64,000 bases of DNA from Lytechinus pictus (lineage: Eukaryota), in NCBI RefSeq assembly GCF_037042905.1, contig NC_087261.1:25546001-25610000 (forward strand), written 5' to 3'. Shown one piece after another: positions 52,001 through 63,538 of the stretch. The position numbers were made by a program, and so were the translations under genes. The number at the start of each line of letters is the position of its first letter. Position 1 is the first letter of the stretch. The notes under the pieces were generated by a model. That model was not told the DNA's origin. It was given only the letters and a program-made list of their open reading frames with translations, and searched no databases.

Positions 52001-52635
52001 AAATGAAATTGGATACCCAAATTCTTTACAAAAGTCTCTGATATTTTTTTTATTATTGGAGATAATCTCCTACATTGGAGACAGTCTCCAATATTGGCCG
52101 TGCGCCTCTACTGACGTAAGAAAAACTAAGTCTAAGAACGAGATATCGCTCAACTGTTTCACAAAGCCGATTTGGGCGATACGAAGAATGGTCCTTGGAA
52201 AGACACCTCCAGGCCAGACATGTCCTACGGAGGCATGATCTTCTTTGCACACCGCCCGCCACCGTCGGCATTGAGAGAACAAAAGACCCATTCATGTAAC
52301 AGGCCCCAGATTTCATCTCGTCGTGCAACAGGCCGCTGGGCTCCGGCCCGCGCGGGCCGGAGCTCCCTGGGTTAAGCCTGAGCCTAAGGCTAAGCTGAGC
52401 CTGAGCTGACGCGGCCGCGGTGCTGGTTGCGCTGCCTGCGCTGAGCTGAGGAACGTCGGAAACTTAAATTATTAATTAAATGACATGAAGATGCAATCGA
52501 GCGTTTTGTTGGCCGCCATTTTGTTGAAAGCCTAAGATTTAATCATACCTCCGCTTCATTTTCCAACAAATCGTATCCGAAAGTGGTCCTTTCATAGCAG
52601 CCAGCAAAAACTTGAAGGCACACGTGCTTCGCCAT
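40275..52635 (-). CDS. PAK1IP1: PAK1-interacting protein 1 (WD40, Mak11 orthologue), 9 exons, ~357 aa
   Basis: Exons 52635-52549 (MAKHVCLQVFAGCYERTTFGY), 49525-49351 (AHTGCIK..LASGSTDEIINLYD), 48057-47937, 47212-47085 (VHPSGKLALSVSKDKTLRTWNL), 46625-46480, 45092-44983, 43738-43621 (SASSDGFLKIW), 41437-41293 (VNTKARLTCL), 40318-40275 (Lys-rich end). All GT-AG with compatible phases. Confidence 0.92.
40942..41150. mobile_element. MITE GGGGGTGTTTCACAAAGATT...
   Basis: Terminal inverted repeats of ~40 bp; degraded relatives at ~35538 and ~39298. Confidence 0.8.
41465..42330 (+). mobile_element. 5'-truncated LINE (L2/Crack-like): ORF2 C-terminus, 3'UTR and (GAACT)n tail
   Basis: LYNTFILPFLTYCNAVW..LQKKAVRI..HSRPLF..HNYNTR..WNDLP; ends aataaatgaaatt(gaact)4; antisense within PAK1IP1 intron 7. 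Confidence 0.85.
42364..42663 (-). mobile_element. Short Helentron/DINE-like element
   Basis: aacaag end, subterminal inverted repeat atacgcccgtc / gacgggcgtat, (gaca)n tract, A-rich end. Confidence 0.55.
45165..46450. repeat. ~1.3-kb (CAT)n microsatellite filling PAK1IP1 intron 5
   Basis: Degenerate catcatcat array. Confidence 0.95.
48878..49280. mobile_element. TTAA-flanked (Kolobok-like) non-autonomous element; second copy at 60829-61274 carries a nested MITE (60915-61072)
   Basis: TTAAagagaaatgcctgtagttg...caactggcatttacctTTAA; homologous body in both copies. Confidence 0.72.
50682..51117. repeat. Imperfect inverted repeat (~170-bp arms, ~93-bp spacer) in PAK1IP1 intron 1
   Basis: tcgaggcacaaactggacactcaaaaaaaggaaaagttc pairs with gaacttttcctttttttgagggtccagtttgtgcctcga, and pairing continues outward. 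Confidence 0.85.
51191..52113. mobile_element. MITE with CAGTAGAGGCGCACGGCCAATA TIRs, 5-bp TSD ACGTA
   Basis: TSD at 51186-51190 and 52114-52118; homologous to 16030-16934. Confidence 0.88.
51311..51757. mobile_element. TAGAC...GTCTA element, 9-bp TSD GATTTTTTC
   Basis: Reverse-orientation homologue of 16244-16687; TSD at 51302-51310 and 51758-51766. Confidence 0.85.
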
Positions 52636-52773
52636 TTTTAAAAGTTTATGAATATTCATGCCCAACCATGACGTCACGGAATCACAAGCACATGGCGGGT
52701 TGCTGTTGAAATGCAAGCCGACTCAGCTCAGACCGTCTGAAATAACAGATAGACCTCTAATAATTGTGTGAGT
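52621..52773. promoter_or_regulatory. Candidate bidirectional PAK1IP1/UTP23 promoter and non-coding first exon of UTP23
   Basis: CACGTG 52621-52626, YY1-like AAAATGGCG over the PAK1IP1 ATG, palindrome ATGAATATTCAT, CRE TGACGTCA 52669-52676, and a + strand donor GTGAGT at 52768. The UTP23 ATG is preceded by splice acceptors at ~59392. Confidence 0.55.
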
Positions 52774-53561
52774 ATTACTGATGAAAAGACGGAGAGAGAG
52801 AGTGTGTGACCAGCTTGATATTGTTTTTCAAACTCTGAAAATGATTGAAATGGTAAATTTTTAAGTTTTTCACAAGCGCAAGCTCATCCGCGATAATGAT
52901 ACCGAGCACTGGCAGCGCAGGTCGCCTGAACTTTCGGGCGGTCACACAGCCTTTGGTTGCTGAAGACGTAAAGCTTAATTAAGCCCACTCACACGTAATG
53001 CGAGGTTAGTATTAGTATACTAACCTCGCACCACGAACCGCGTTTGGCAGTGGATTTCTAACTAGTGGGTCGCGCGTGCTGGGATCTCACTTCTTGGGTC
53101 CACAACACATGACTTCTAAGACTAATATGGCTTGATTTTTCTCTGCGCGGCGGCATGTAATGAACAGTCAGACTGCAGGTCCCTATGCTAATGAGCAAAA
53201 AGGCCAGATTCATCCAAATCATCTCGTGGCTGAATCCTCCTCCTTGCAAAATCTCGTGATTCGTGAGATTTTCTTTCTCTAAGAATTTACCTGTCTTAAC
53301 CTCAAGTTACATGAAATATTATTGCACCATCAGATAGAGTAAAAGTTACTCTTTCATATTGGTCATTTATTTTATATACAATATTTTGTTAAATAAGTAA
53401 ATTTCTGGCCCGAAAATGTGCCTCAAAACTGAATTTTCTTCCTCTGTTTTCTTTTGCAAATTGTGTAAAACTTTTTATTTTGAGCCTCAATGATATCTAT
53501 ATCACCATAAAGCTGAACTTCTGTACTTTCTCACAATGCCACTCTTGATATGCGGCACCTT

Positions 53562-53855
53562 TTAATCGGGTCAAGATCACACTTTTCCCACCAAGGTACA
53601 ATACGAGATTTCTGAAATTTTGTACTTGCATGAAATCCAGAGTTCTGATTGGCTGGATAAGGTTCACAGAACAACAGGTGCGGGGTATTTGAGGAGATTA
53701 CCACATGGGAAGTGTGACCTTCCCACGAACCCAGGCACTGGAACCGTTGGAATTTGCCATTGTGTGGTCTTTTTGACCAATCAGAGTGCAGTATTCTTGT
53801 TTTCAAGTTGCTTTATGTACTTGGCAAATGAAAAGTGTGATCTTGACCCGATTAA
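53562..53855. mobile_element. MITE with TTAATCGGGTCAAGATCACACTTTTC TIR, within a larger degraded element (~53064-54349)
   Basis: Perfect terminal inverted repeat of ~26 bp. Confidence 0.75.
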
Positions 53856-56800
53856 ACCAATTCTTATTTTGAAAACTATATCATTTCAAAGCATACATAT
53901 TCACTTTTATCGTGATATAAAAATCATTTGGGCTCAAACAAAAATAAAGAGTGAAAATAGCAGCTTTTGTCAGGTGAAAATCTTTATTTTGTAGCATATT
54001 TTAGATCAAAATTTTAACCTATATTACAAAATCTTTGAATAAATCCAAACACATGACCTGAAAGAATGATTCTTCTTCTTTACAATGGTACCAAATTTAT
54101 GAAATTCGATGCTCAATTAGAGCAGCAATGACCGAATGAAAAGAGGTGTTTTGGTCCGCATCAAGCTCATTAAATATGCAAAACATCTCAAGTCATGAAT
54201 ATCACTTGGATGAAAGAAGCCACTTTCTTGGGACCTGCAGTCTGACTGTGAACCCTTGGGTGAATTAAGCCCGGCACAAGTGCACATACATGTAAAGTTA
54301 CTGCTGCTTGCTGCACGATCCGGCAAGAGCTCCCAAGAGTACCCCACTAAAATTGAGAATGAAAATATGGAGAAGGTTAAAAATAATGATATATCTAGAT
54401 CTGGCTGTATGATACCAAAAAAAAGAGTGCAAATAAGGCTTTTATTCCGTCAAATTTTCAGTGCAGTGCATGTAACGAATATAGGGAATGTATAAATCAT
54501 GTAAATAATTAATACAAAGTTGATCCTAAATGATACTTGTCAACAATTCTAATATAACAACTAACTTAATAAATCAATGAGATAAAATATAATTAATTCA
54601 TAGTCAGTGATATTTGATCAAAGTTGATCATAATTACTATTTTGGGGGTTCTAGATTAATAACTAAATTCATTCATATTGTTTAAAAATAGGAATAATTG
54701 ATAAGTGATAAACTACATTAAGTTGACTTAATGACCTAAAATAGTTGCCAATAAATGTGTTACTTAAACTTTACAATGTAATCATTGCAACTATAAGGTT
54801 AGAGATGGTATTTATACTAAAAACTTTAAAGGACAAGTCCACCCCGACAAAAATTGATTTGAATAAAAAGAGAAAAATCCAACAAGCATAACAATGAAAA
54901 TTTCATCAAAATCGGATGTAAAATAAGAAAGTTATGACATTTTAAAGTTTCGTTTAATTTCACAAGATAGTTTATATGCACATCCAGATCAGTATGCAAA
55001 TGAGGGAACTAATGACATCACTCACTATTTCTTTTGTATTTTATTATATGAAATAGTTTAATTTTCTCCTCATTGTCCTATGAAACAAGTTTTTATTTCT
55101 CCCCCAACATGTGGAACTACAATTGTTTAACATTTTATGGTTCAGTCAAGTTGGTTCTTACTGTCAAATCTGTAAAAAAGAAATAATTCTAACAATAAAA
55201 AACAAATAAGACTTGAGTATGATCAGTAAAGCATGTAGGTTTTCACATTTATAAACAATGTTTCATTGTCAAACTTCATCTGTGAATAATAATTTACAAA
55301 ACAACTTTGAATTGTGACCTGTTTAATGAAAGATTGATTTACTGATAACAAAATGTGTTACTGATTGTTGATACCACCTTATAACTTAATTCATAAACAA
55401 ATTTAGGGAATTCCTAATGCAAACAGTGACTTTTAAAGATTCTAACCCACTATCAATTTTCAAATATGCACTGAGCATCTACAGTATCTATTTCAATCCT
55501 ACACATTGTTATCCCAGTGAAAAGGGGCAATAAGCCATGACTTGTGATTACCGACAATAGCATTTTAGAATTACAATTTGGGTCCTCATGCCTCAAACTT
55601 TGGATTCCAGGTTCCATAAGTATGTCGTAGTGATGACCTACTTTCATATAGGGGAATCCTTTCCTATCAGCCCATTCTTTTGATGATCATGCCATTGCCA
55701 TGATTTGTGGCTCCAGGTATTGATCATTCATTCAACCTTCTTGTTCTCTGAGGTTGCTCAACCGCTTGACCTGTACGGATGCTTTCCATGATAACCAAAT
55801 TCTGAACTTCTGATATTTAAAATTTCAACACATTTCAGAACCTTTGTAGGTTCATTAACAAGGCTACCCATATATACATTTAGACAGAAAATACTAACAG
55901 ATAATAGAATGTTTTGGATTGTTCATTCAGATTTAGGTTGAGAAAGATATTGTATTACAATGTCAAATCATGTACTGTACATTCGTAGTTGTACATACAT
56001 GTATATAGTTGTAGTGAAATTTTCTGTGGCAAATCTCTATACATGCATGATAACTTCTCAATGATAAGTACCCAGTATTAGAGTTGATGTACCATACAGT
56101 ACTTAAGTTAAAGGTTCCCTGTAGTTTAAACTATTACTGTTTTCGTATGTATTGTTACCATTGTGAAAAGAAATGAATTTAAAAAAAGAAAGAAAACGAA
56201 GAGAAAAGAAAAGAAGGAAAAAAATGAAAAGAATGTCAAAAAAGAAAAAAATGAATTAAGAAAAGAAGAAAACAAATTGATAAAAGAAAAAGAATGTCAA
56301 AGAAGAAAAATATTATTTCAAGAAAAGAAGAAAAAACAAATGAAAAAGAATATAAAAAACATCAAATGAAAAAGAGGGAAAAAACGAGAAAACAAAAGAA
56401 AATGCTTTAAAAAAAAGGTAAATTGATGTTTTATGTAACACATCAAGTCCTTTTTTGCAGGAATATTTTAATATTATCTTGATATCCGCATTTAAGTGAG
56501 ATTAGTTTGTTAGGTTAAATGTTGAAGTTTGAGTGGAGGTTTATTTTAAATAAGTCTAGATAGGATCTATCCTAAATAAGATGGGGAGAAGTGTAGAGAC
56601 AGGCACTAATTTTATGTATCATGTGAACACTTCCGTAAATCTAGATTGTATGCTGTGTGGATACAGCTTCTACTATGACTAAGACATTCCTCTGTCTTGG
56701 CTACAAGTATGTTAATGACAATGCCTCCCTTTCTATTATGTTAGCCTTAAGCTGCTGCTTTGGGCAATTTATAGGGGTCTATTGTAATATCATGCCTTGC

Positions 56801-57017
56801 TCACTGATGCTTGGCAGGGACATAGCACTAACTCCTAGTAAGGCACAGGGTATAAATAGGAAAACAGTTTTAGTTAGAGAGTAGTTGAGTTTGCTTCTAA
56901 TGGAGCTGTCGCTGTAAGCGTGTATCACTTGGCCTGTGGACGTGACATACCCCAGCAGTATATATACTCCAGCTAGGACCCGACAGAGTGCTCTGCAACG
57001 GTAGCCTCGCATGCATA

Positions 57018-57261
57018 CACTGCACAAACTCTGATGTTGTTTTAACACCAGCCCGGAATCTATATATATGTCCACACCAGAGAAGTGTTAAACAATACCA
57101 GTTTCGTTTTGGTCTAACACCAGATAGGTGTTTATACAACACCAATTAGTATCAAAACAGCATAGGTTTGATTCCAAACTGGTGTTGTTTCAATACTTCT
57201 CTGGTGTGGACAATTATAGATTCCCGGCTGGTGTTAAATCAACACCAGAGTTTTTGCAGTG
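57018..57261. mobile_element. TA-flanked palindromic MITE (CACTGCA..TGCAGTG)
   Basis: Long imperfect TIRs. Confidence 0.75.
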
Positions 57262-57906
57262 TATATATTGGCATAATTAATCATGCAATTTTGGTGAATC
57301 AAAGATTTATAAATGGAAGGTGTTGACGTGTGATTTTCGTTGTGAACACATGGCTACACGGGCCTAATCACTAGTGGCAGGCCATAGATATTCATTCGAG
57401 CCAACCCATTGCTATTTTTTTAATTTTGATATGGCTGATTGACAAAGTGTATGCATATGATTGTCCATCTAACACTGATTCTATTTTTGGTAATTACTGA
57501 ACTTCGGTTTCCCAAATTGGGAAGAAATATCACAAATTTTGGACTATATTTTGACTGGCGGAAGGATTAGGGCTATTTTGCTGTTTGAGGTGATGAATCT
57601 GCTCCCCCCGACGATGTCTTCAAACACGCCAATTTATTTTTTAAATGAGCCGGTCGAGGGACCCTTTTCTTGTCAGATATGGATTGCCAGATATATATCC
57701 TATCCACTGGTAGTAAACATTCGACCCCCGAATTTCATCCTTATTTTTTATGAATTTTTTAAAGTGCCAATTTAACACACGAGTCTATGGGGAATGAATT
57801 AGGCCTGTGATACCACATACTGGAGGGCCAAGCTCTTTAAAAATCTGTCCCCCTCTGGTTGTAGGATGGGTCTTTGTAATCTGGCTCTTCACAGGGTTAC
57901 AGTGAT

Positions 57907-58019
57907 CAGTGGCGGACCGTGACCCGCAGGAGACAATGATTGGAGGGGCACTGTATTGTTTGTGAACAATGCTGTGCCCCTCCAATGCTTTGTCTCCTCT
58001 GGGTCACGGTCCGCCACTG
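57907..58019. mobile_element. 113-bp hairpin hAT-type MITE, 8-bp TSD ACAGTGAT
   Basis: CAGTGGCGGACCGTGACCC...GGGTCACGGTCCGCCACTG with an exact 8-bp duplication. Confidence 0.88.
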
Positions 58020-58400
58020 ACAGTGATCGTTTCACTTTGTTCCGACTTTTAGAAATCTCATTTGGTTCTTGGAAATGGGCTAAACATACTGTAAAGCTTA
58101 ATGTAAAAATACCAGTCCAAAAGATTTGAGAGAATTGAATCTTGGGAAACTATTTTAAAACTTTGGAGATGTAGTAAACCAAAGCCAATAGACTTCTTGA
58201 ATATGAGAAAACTGGGCATGAACTAAATATGTCGGAGAGACAGTTATTAAATAAATTTCTATTTGTGTCTCAAATTATAATTAATCATCCTATATTGTGT
58301 TTCAGGGTTTTTAAGGACAAATACAAGCTTATATACTTGTTTCATTTTAGTATGAGAGTTGTTTTAATCAGTTTTGAGAAATGTTTTTACATTTATTGCT

Positions 58401-59362
58401 TTTTGTCTCACCTGCATAGCAGAGTGAGACTATAGGCGCCGCTTTTCCGACGGCGACGGCGGCGGCGGCGGCGGCGTCAACACCAAATCTTAACCTGAGG
58501 TTAAGTTTTTGAAATGACAGCATAACTTAGAAAGTATATGGACCTAGTTCATGAAACTTGGCCATAAGGTTAATCAAGTATTACTGAACATCCTGCCTGA
58601 GTTTCATGTCACATGACCAAGGTCAAAGGTCATTTAGGGTCAATGAACTTAGACCATGTTGGGGAATCAACATCAAAATCTTAACCTAAGGTTAAGTTTT
58701 TGAAATGTCATCATAACTTAGAAAATATATGGACCTAGTTCATGAAACTTATACATAAGGTTAATCAAGTATCACTGAACATCCTGCATGAGTTTCACAT
58801 CACATGACCAAGGTCAAAGGTCATTTAGGGTCAATGAACTTTGGCCGAATTGGGGGTATCTGTTGAATTACCATCATAACTTTGAAAGTTTATGGATCTG
58901 ATTCATGAAACTTGGACATAATAGTAATCAAGTATTACTGAACATCCTGTGCAAGTTTCAGGTCACATGATCAAGGTCAAAGGTCATTTAGGGTCAATGA
59001 ACTTTGGCCAAATTGGGGTATTTGTTGAATTACAGCCATAAATTTGAAAGTGTGTTGGTCTAGTTCATAAAACTTGGACATAATAGTAATCAAGTATCAC
59101 TGAACATCCTGTGCGAGTTTCAGGTCACATGATCAAGGTCAAAGGTCATGTAAGGTCAAAGAACTTTGGCCACGTTGGGGGTATTTGTTGAATTGCCATC
59201 ATATCTCTATAAGTGTATTGGTCTAGTTCATAAAACGTGGAAATAAGAGTAACCAAGTATCACTGAACATCTTGTGCGAGTTATAGTAGTTTTCAAAATC
59301 AGCACTGCTGCTATATTGAATCGCGTGATGCAGGTGAGACGGCCAGAGGCATTCCACTTGTT
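58401..59362 (+). mobile_element. Helentron/DINE-like non-autonomous element with internal ~162-192-bp tandem repeats
   Basis: T-rich start, subterminal IR GTCTCACCTGCAT / ATGCAGGTGAGAC, (GGC)n tract, 5 internal units, ends ..CTTGTT about 30 bp before the UTP23 acceptor. Confidence 0.75.
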
Positions 59363-59423
59363 ATGCTTCATTATTCCATATTTTGACACCAGCACAGCTG
59401 ATCTAGAAGAGTAATCATCCATC

Positions 59424-62400
59424 ATGAAGGTCAAGAGATACAAGCACGCACGCAAATACCTTGGCTTCTACAAGCACAACTTCAACTTCCGAGAGCCGCA
59501 TCAGGTCCTCATAGATGGAACGTTCACACGCATGGCTCTCCAGAACAAGATCAACATCAAGGAGCAGCTGCCTAAATATCTAGGAGGAGAGGTTCAGGTG
59601 AGAGTTATTCAAAATCGTTTGAAGTATGATATCTATCTCTTCATTAGTTAAAATAATACATAATATTTGGGGCTGAGTGGGAGGGTTTATTTCCAATTCG
59701 TCTAATGCCAGTTCGTCCAATTGCCAACTCGTCTACTATCATTTGGTCTACCATCAGTTCGTCCACTATCCACATGGTCTAATTGCCAATTTGTCCACTC
59801 ACCACTTCGTCTAATAACCAGTTGGTCCATATACCATTTGGTCTAATTGGAAAAAGTGTTGATTGTACAAGATGAATGAAAATGAAATGAAATGTTATGA
59901 GACGAAATGGTCATAGACGCAATGGTGATTAGTAGAAGTGATGATTGGACCAATTGGTTATTGGACCAAATGGTTGTTAGACGAAATGTTGATGGACGGA
60001 ATGGCATTTGACTAAATGAAAGTAGACCATGTGGTGTGTGGACGAGTTGGCAGTAGACGAATTGGCAATTTACAAGTGGGAAGAGGTAGTATTTAGATTT
60101 CTGTGTAGTTCCAATAGGCAGAAAATGTAGATATCACTTTGAGTTTAGTTGCAGTTCTGACTTTTCTGTAACAAGAAAGAAAAAATAAATGACCTTTACA
60201 TCAGATGTTCTCTTACTCTGATCGCCATACCCCAAACATTCTCACTTTTTAAAAGACAAACTGATGGCATCCCTTGGGAATGGGGTCCTATTTTAAAAGG
60301 AAGTTTTATTTTGAAGGGAAAAAATGTGTGGTTCTGAAATGAATGTTGGATAAATGAGTAAATCTCATTTCATTTTTCTTGCTTGAAGGGAATGTAGGTG
60401 AAAACTTAGATGAAACCCCGTTCTACCTCCATAAACATAGCTTCTTGCATACACTATATGGTATTGTTATCAGCATTGATTCAAATAGTCTCATTCTTAA
60501 TTTCAGTTGTTTGTATGGAATTCAGATGGACTTGATAATCATGATATTGGGACGGTGTGTGGGTAATTTTTATACAGTCCTCTCTCACCACCCCCATGCA
60601 ATTTTGCCAACGGTCTTGAGAATTTTGTCTATGTAGGCCTACCCATCTTGATTCTCTTCTCTCTGTCTCTCTCTCTCTCTCTCACACAAACAGTTTTGGT
60701 TGGAAATCATTAAGATATCACTTCTTTGATAATCATTAATTCCATGTTGATAAAAAATATCAATAGGCTATAAAGGATTTTATCAGACTTCAAGGAGGGG
60801 GGGATTTGAACTTCAGCCCTTTCGAATATTAAAGGAAATTGAAAATAGTTGCCGTGAACACTGATTTTACAAGGAAGTCTGTAGAATCGAGATTGTCATC
60901 ATGGATCTAGATCTGGGGCCCATTTCATAAAGGACTTGTAACTGTTGTAACTTTGCCATTATGGCAACTACCATGGAAACCTTGATTTTGATTGGCTGCT
61001 GAGCCCATTACCATGGTAGTTGCCATTATGGCAGTTACAACAGTTGCAAGTCCTTTATGAAAATGGGCCCCTGGTACAGTTACAAAAAATACCCGACACT
61101 TATTCCAATCCCATACTTATTTTGTTAAATTCCCAATTAAGCCCTATTCAGCATCTTCCACAATTGTTTGGCACATATTTTCTATTTATAAACACAGTTA
61201 CTAGGGTGATCATTTTATTGGATTCTGAACGAACTCACTTTGAGATCACTACCACAACTGGCATTTATCTTTAACCTATTTATTTTGAGATTGTCATGAC
61301 TGACGTATTAAAACTCGTTGATAAACCACGGGAAACTTCCTATCCAACAGTTGACGACAACAAACTGCATCCTGAAGGAAGCGGAAGCGTTGGGCAAGGC
61401 GGTGTACGGCGCGTACGTCATCCTGAAGAGGTTCCAAGTGAGAAGATGCGGTCACAAGGATAAACCGGTCTCTGCTTTCAAGTGTGTCATGAGCATGATA
61501 GCTGACTCCAACAAGAACCACTATTTTATTGCTACTCAGGCAAGTACAGCGTTAATATCTTTGAAAGGAATTTGCCCATCTAACGGTTTGACTTCACCAT
61601 TGAACATTTTTTATGGATTCTTAATTTTGCAATAGCATCTATTTGATCTGCATAACAAGTAATTCCCAGATAATTCCCAAGTAGTTCCAGGTAATTTCCA
61701 AGTAGTTCCTATGTAATTCCCAAGTAGTTCCCAAATTTGTATCTTTTTTTTTTTAGTTAGCATCTTGTATTGTTCTGCATAACAAGTAATTATCAGATTT
61801 GGGAATATTTTTTTTTTGCCATTTCAATACTTGTTTTAATTTGTTTTTCCTCTTTGGGTATGCATTTCCTTTTTAAATTTTGCAACTATTAATGAAATGA
61901 CTCAAGTTTATGGATGTTACTTAAGTGGGGACCTAATGTGATTCATTAGTTTGATATTCATTTTAAAAAAAATGTACATAACTTGTTGCTATGCCTGGCA
62001 AGCTTTTTGATTGTCAATGAACAACCTTTGTTCAAAATCCGATGAGGGCATCGAAGAAGTTAATTTTTTTATGATATTCCTCCTAAATAACTTGAAAGCT
62101 CACAAATAATTTCATCTTCCCAACATCTGGTTCCAGTTTCATAAAGACCTAAAAACTATGGTAAGTTTGTCTATGAGGCCGTTCTCATTACGCTTTCTAA
62201 AACTAGTTTACTGGAAACCGGTTCAGGAAACCAATTTGGAAGATCACTTTGCTAGCATTCCCACTTGATCACACGAAAGTGGTTTTCAAAATCACTTAAC
62301 GTAAAGTGATCTTGTTGCTATGGAAACGCTCTCAGTTGGGTGACACGTTTTGCGCGAAATTCAAAACCGCAGCGTAGGCATTCTACACCTGTCGTGTGGA

Positions 62401-63538
62401 GTAGCGTGCTCAAAATGTGCGAAGATCGCTTCACGAAGAACGGTTGTGTCCTCACTTGCTCTAAAACCAGTTTACCGAGGCGAAGCGATCTTGAAAACTA
62501 CATCACGAGGTGGTTTTCCAAACTGGTTTGGAAGATCGCTTCCAAGACCGCTTTGACAGTTCTCACTATGCGTTAAACTAGTTTCCAGTAAACTAGTTTT
62601 AGGAACGTAGTGAGAACGGTGTCATTGTTGCAAATACCATCGAAGGCTTGATTGTTATTGGCTGCTGAGCCTGTAATACCTTGGTAGTTGCCATAGTAGT
62701 AAATTTACCATAGTTGTAACCCTTATGAAATGGTGACAAGACATATGCTCCTGCGACATTTGCTCCTGTGACATTTGCTCCGATCTTGATATCTCAGAGG
62801 GAAAAGGGTAAGATTTAGGATTGTAATAGAGTTTTTGTTTCAGAATAGTGTTAAGACGAGGATTAGGGTTTATTTAATAGTTTCGGATGTCAGGTTTTAT
62901 GTTTGGCTTAACATGCAGATTTCACATCAGAGCAATTGTCGCCGGAGAAATTGTCGCCAGAGCAAATGTCTTTTGAACCTATGACACAAGGGCCTAATAA
63001 AGTTTCCCTTTCTAAACTTACATGTATATTCTGTACTTCAATATCGTTGTGCAAGCTTTCACTGAAATAGTTGTTTGTATCAGAAGATTGTCTCATTGTT
63101 TTGGTGGCTTTGCCTCTCGTTTCCTTTTCTTCACAGGATCCAGATCTGAGTTCTCTTGTCCATAGAACTCCAGGAACTCCACTCCTGTACCTTCACTTCA
63201 GTGCAATAGTCCTGGAGAAACCCTCAGTCACCTCTACCACAGCTGCTTCTTCTATGACATCCAAGAAAATCAACCCTTCGGAGTTTGAGAAGAGCGCCTT
63301 GAAGAAACTCCAAGCAGCGGATGGGACCGATGAAGGAAAGAAGAAGAGGAAGAAGCGGAGAGGACCAAAACAGCCGAACCCTCTGTCCGTGAAGAAGAAA
63401 AAGAAGAAGAGTCCTGAGCAGGTGTCGGTTGTGACAGGAGATACTGAAGGAAAGAAAAAGAGGAGAAGGAGGAAGAAAGTGAAGATAGCATCACATGCGG
63501 AGGAGCAACTTCAAATTCAGCATGCCTCTGGATCCTGA
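59424..63538 (+). CDS. UTP23: rRNA-processing protein UTP23 (PIN-like domain), 3 coding exons, ~254 aa
   Basis: Exons 59424-59597 (MKVKRYKHARKYLGFYKHNFNFREPHQVLIDGTF), 61351-61539 (TTTNCILKE..RRCGH..HYFIATQ), 63137-63538 (DPDL..PGTPLLYL..GPKQPNPLSVKKKKK). Confidence 0.95.
62177..62624. mobile_element. Palindromic MITE in a UTP23 intron
   Basis: ccgttctcattacg..taaaactagtttactggaaac pairs with gtttccagtaaactagtttta..cgtagtgagaacgg. Confidence 0.78.

Larger units (their letters stand above)
51144..52335. mobile_element. Outer MITE (GGCCTGTTGCA TIR) hosting two nested elements
   Basis: ggggcctgttgcat ... gtgcaacaggccgc. Confidence 0.6.
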
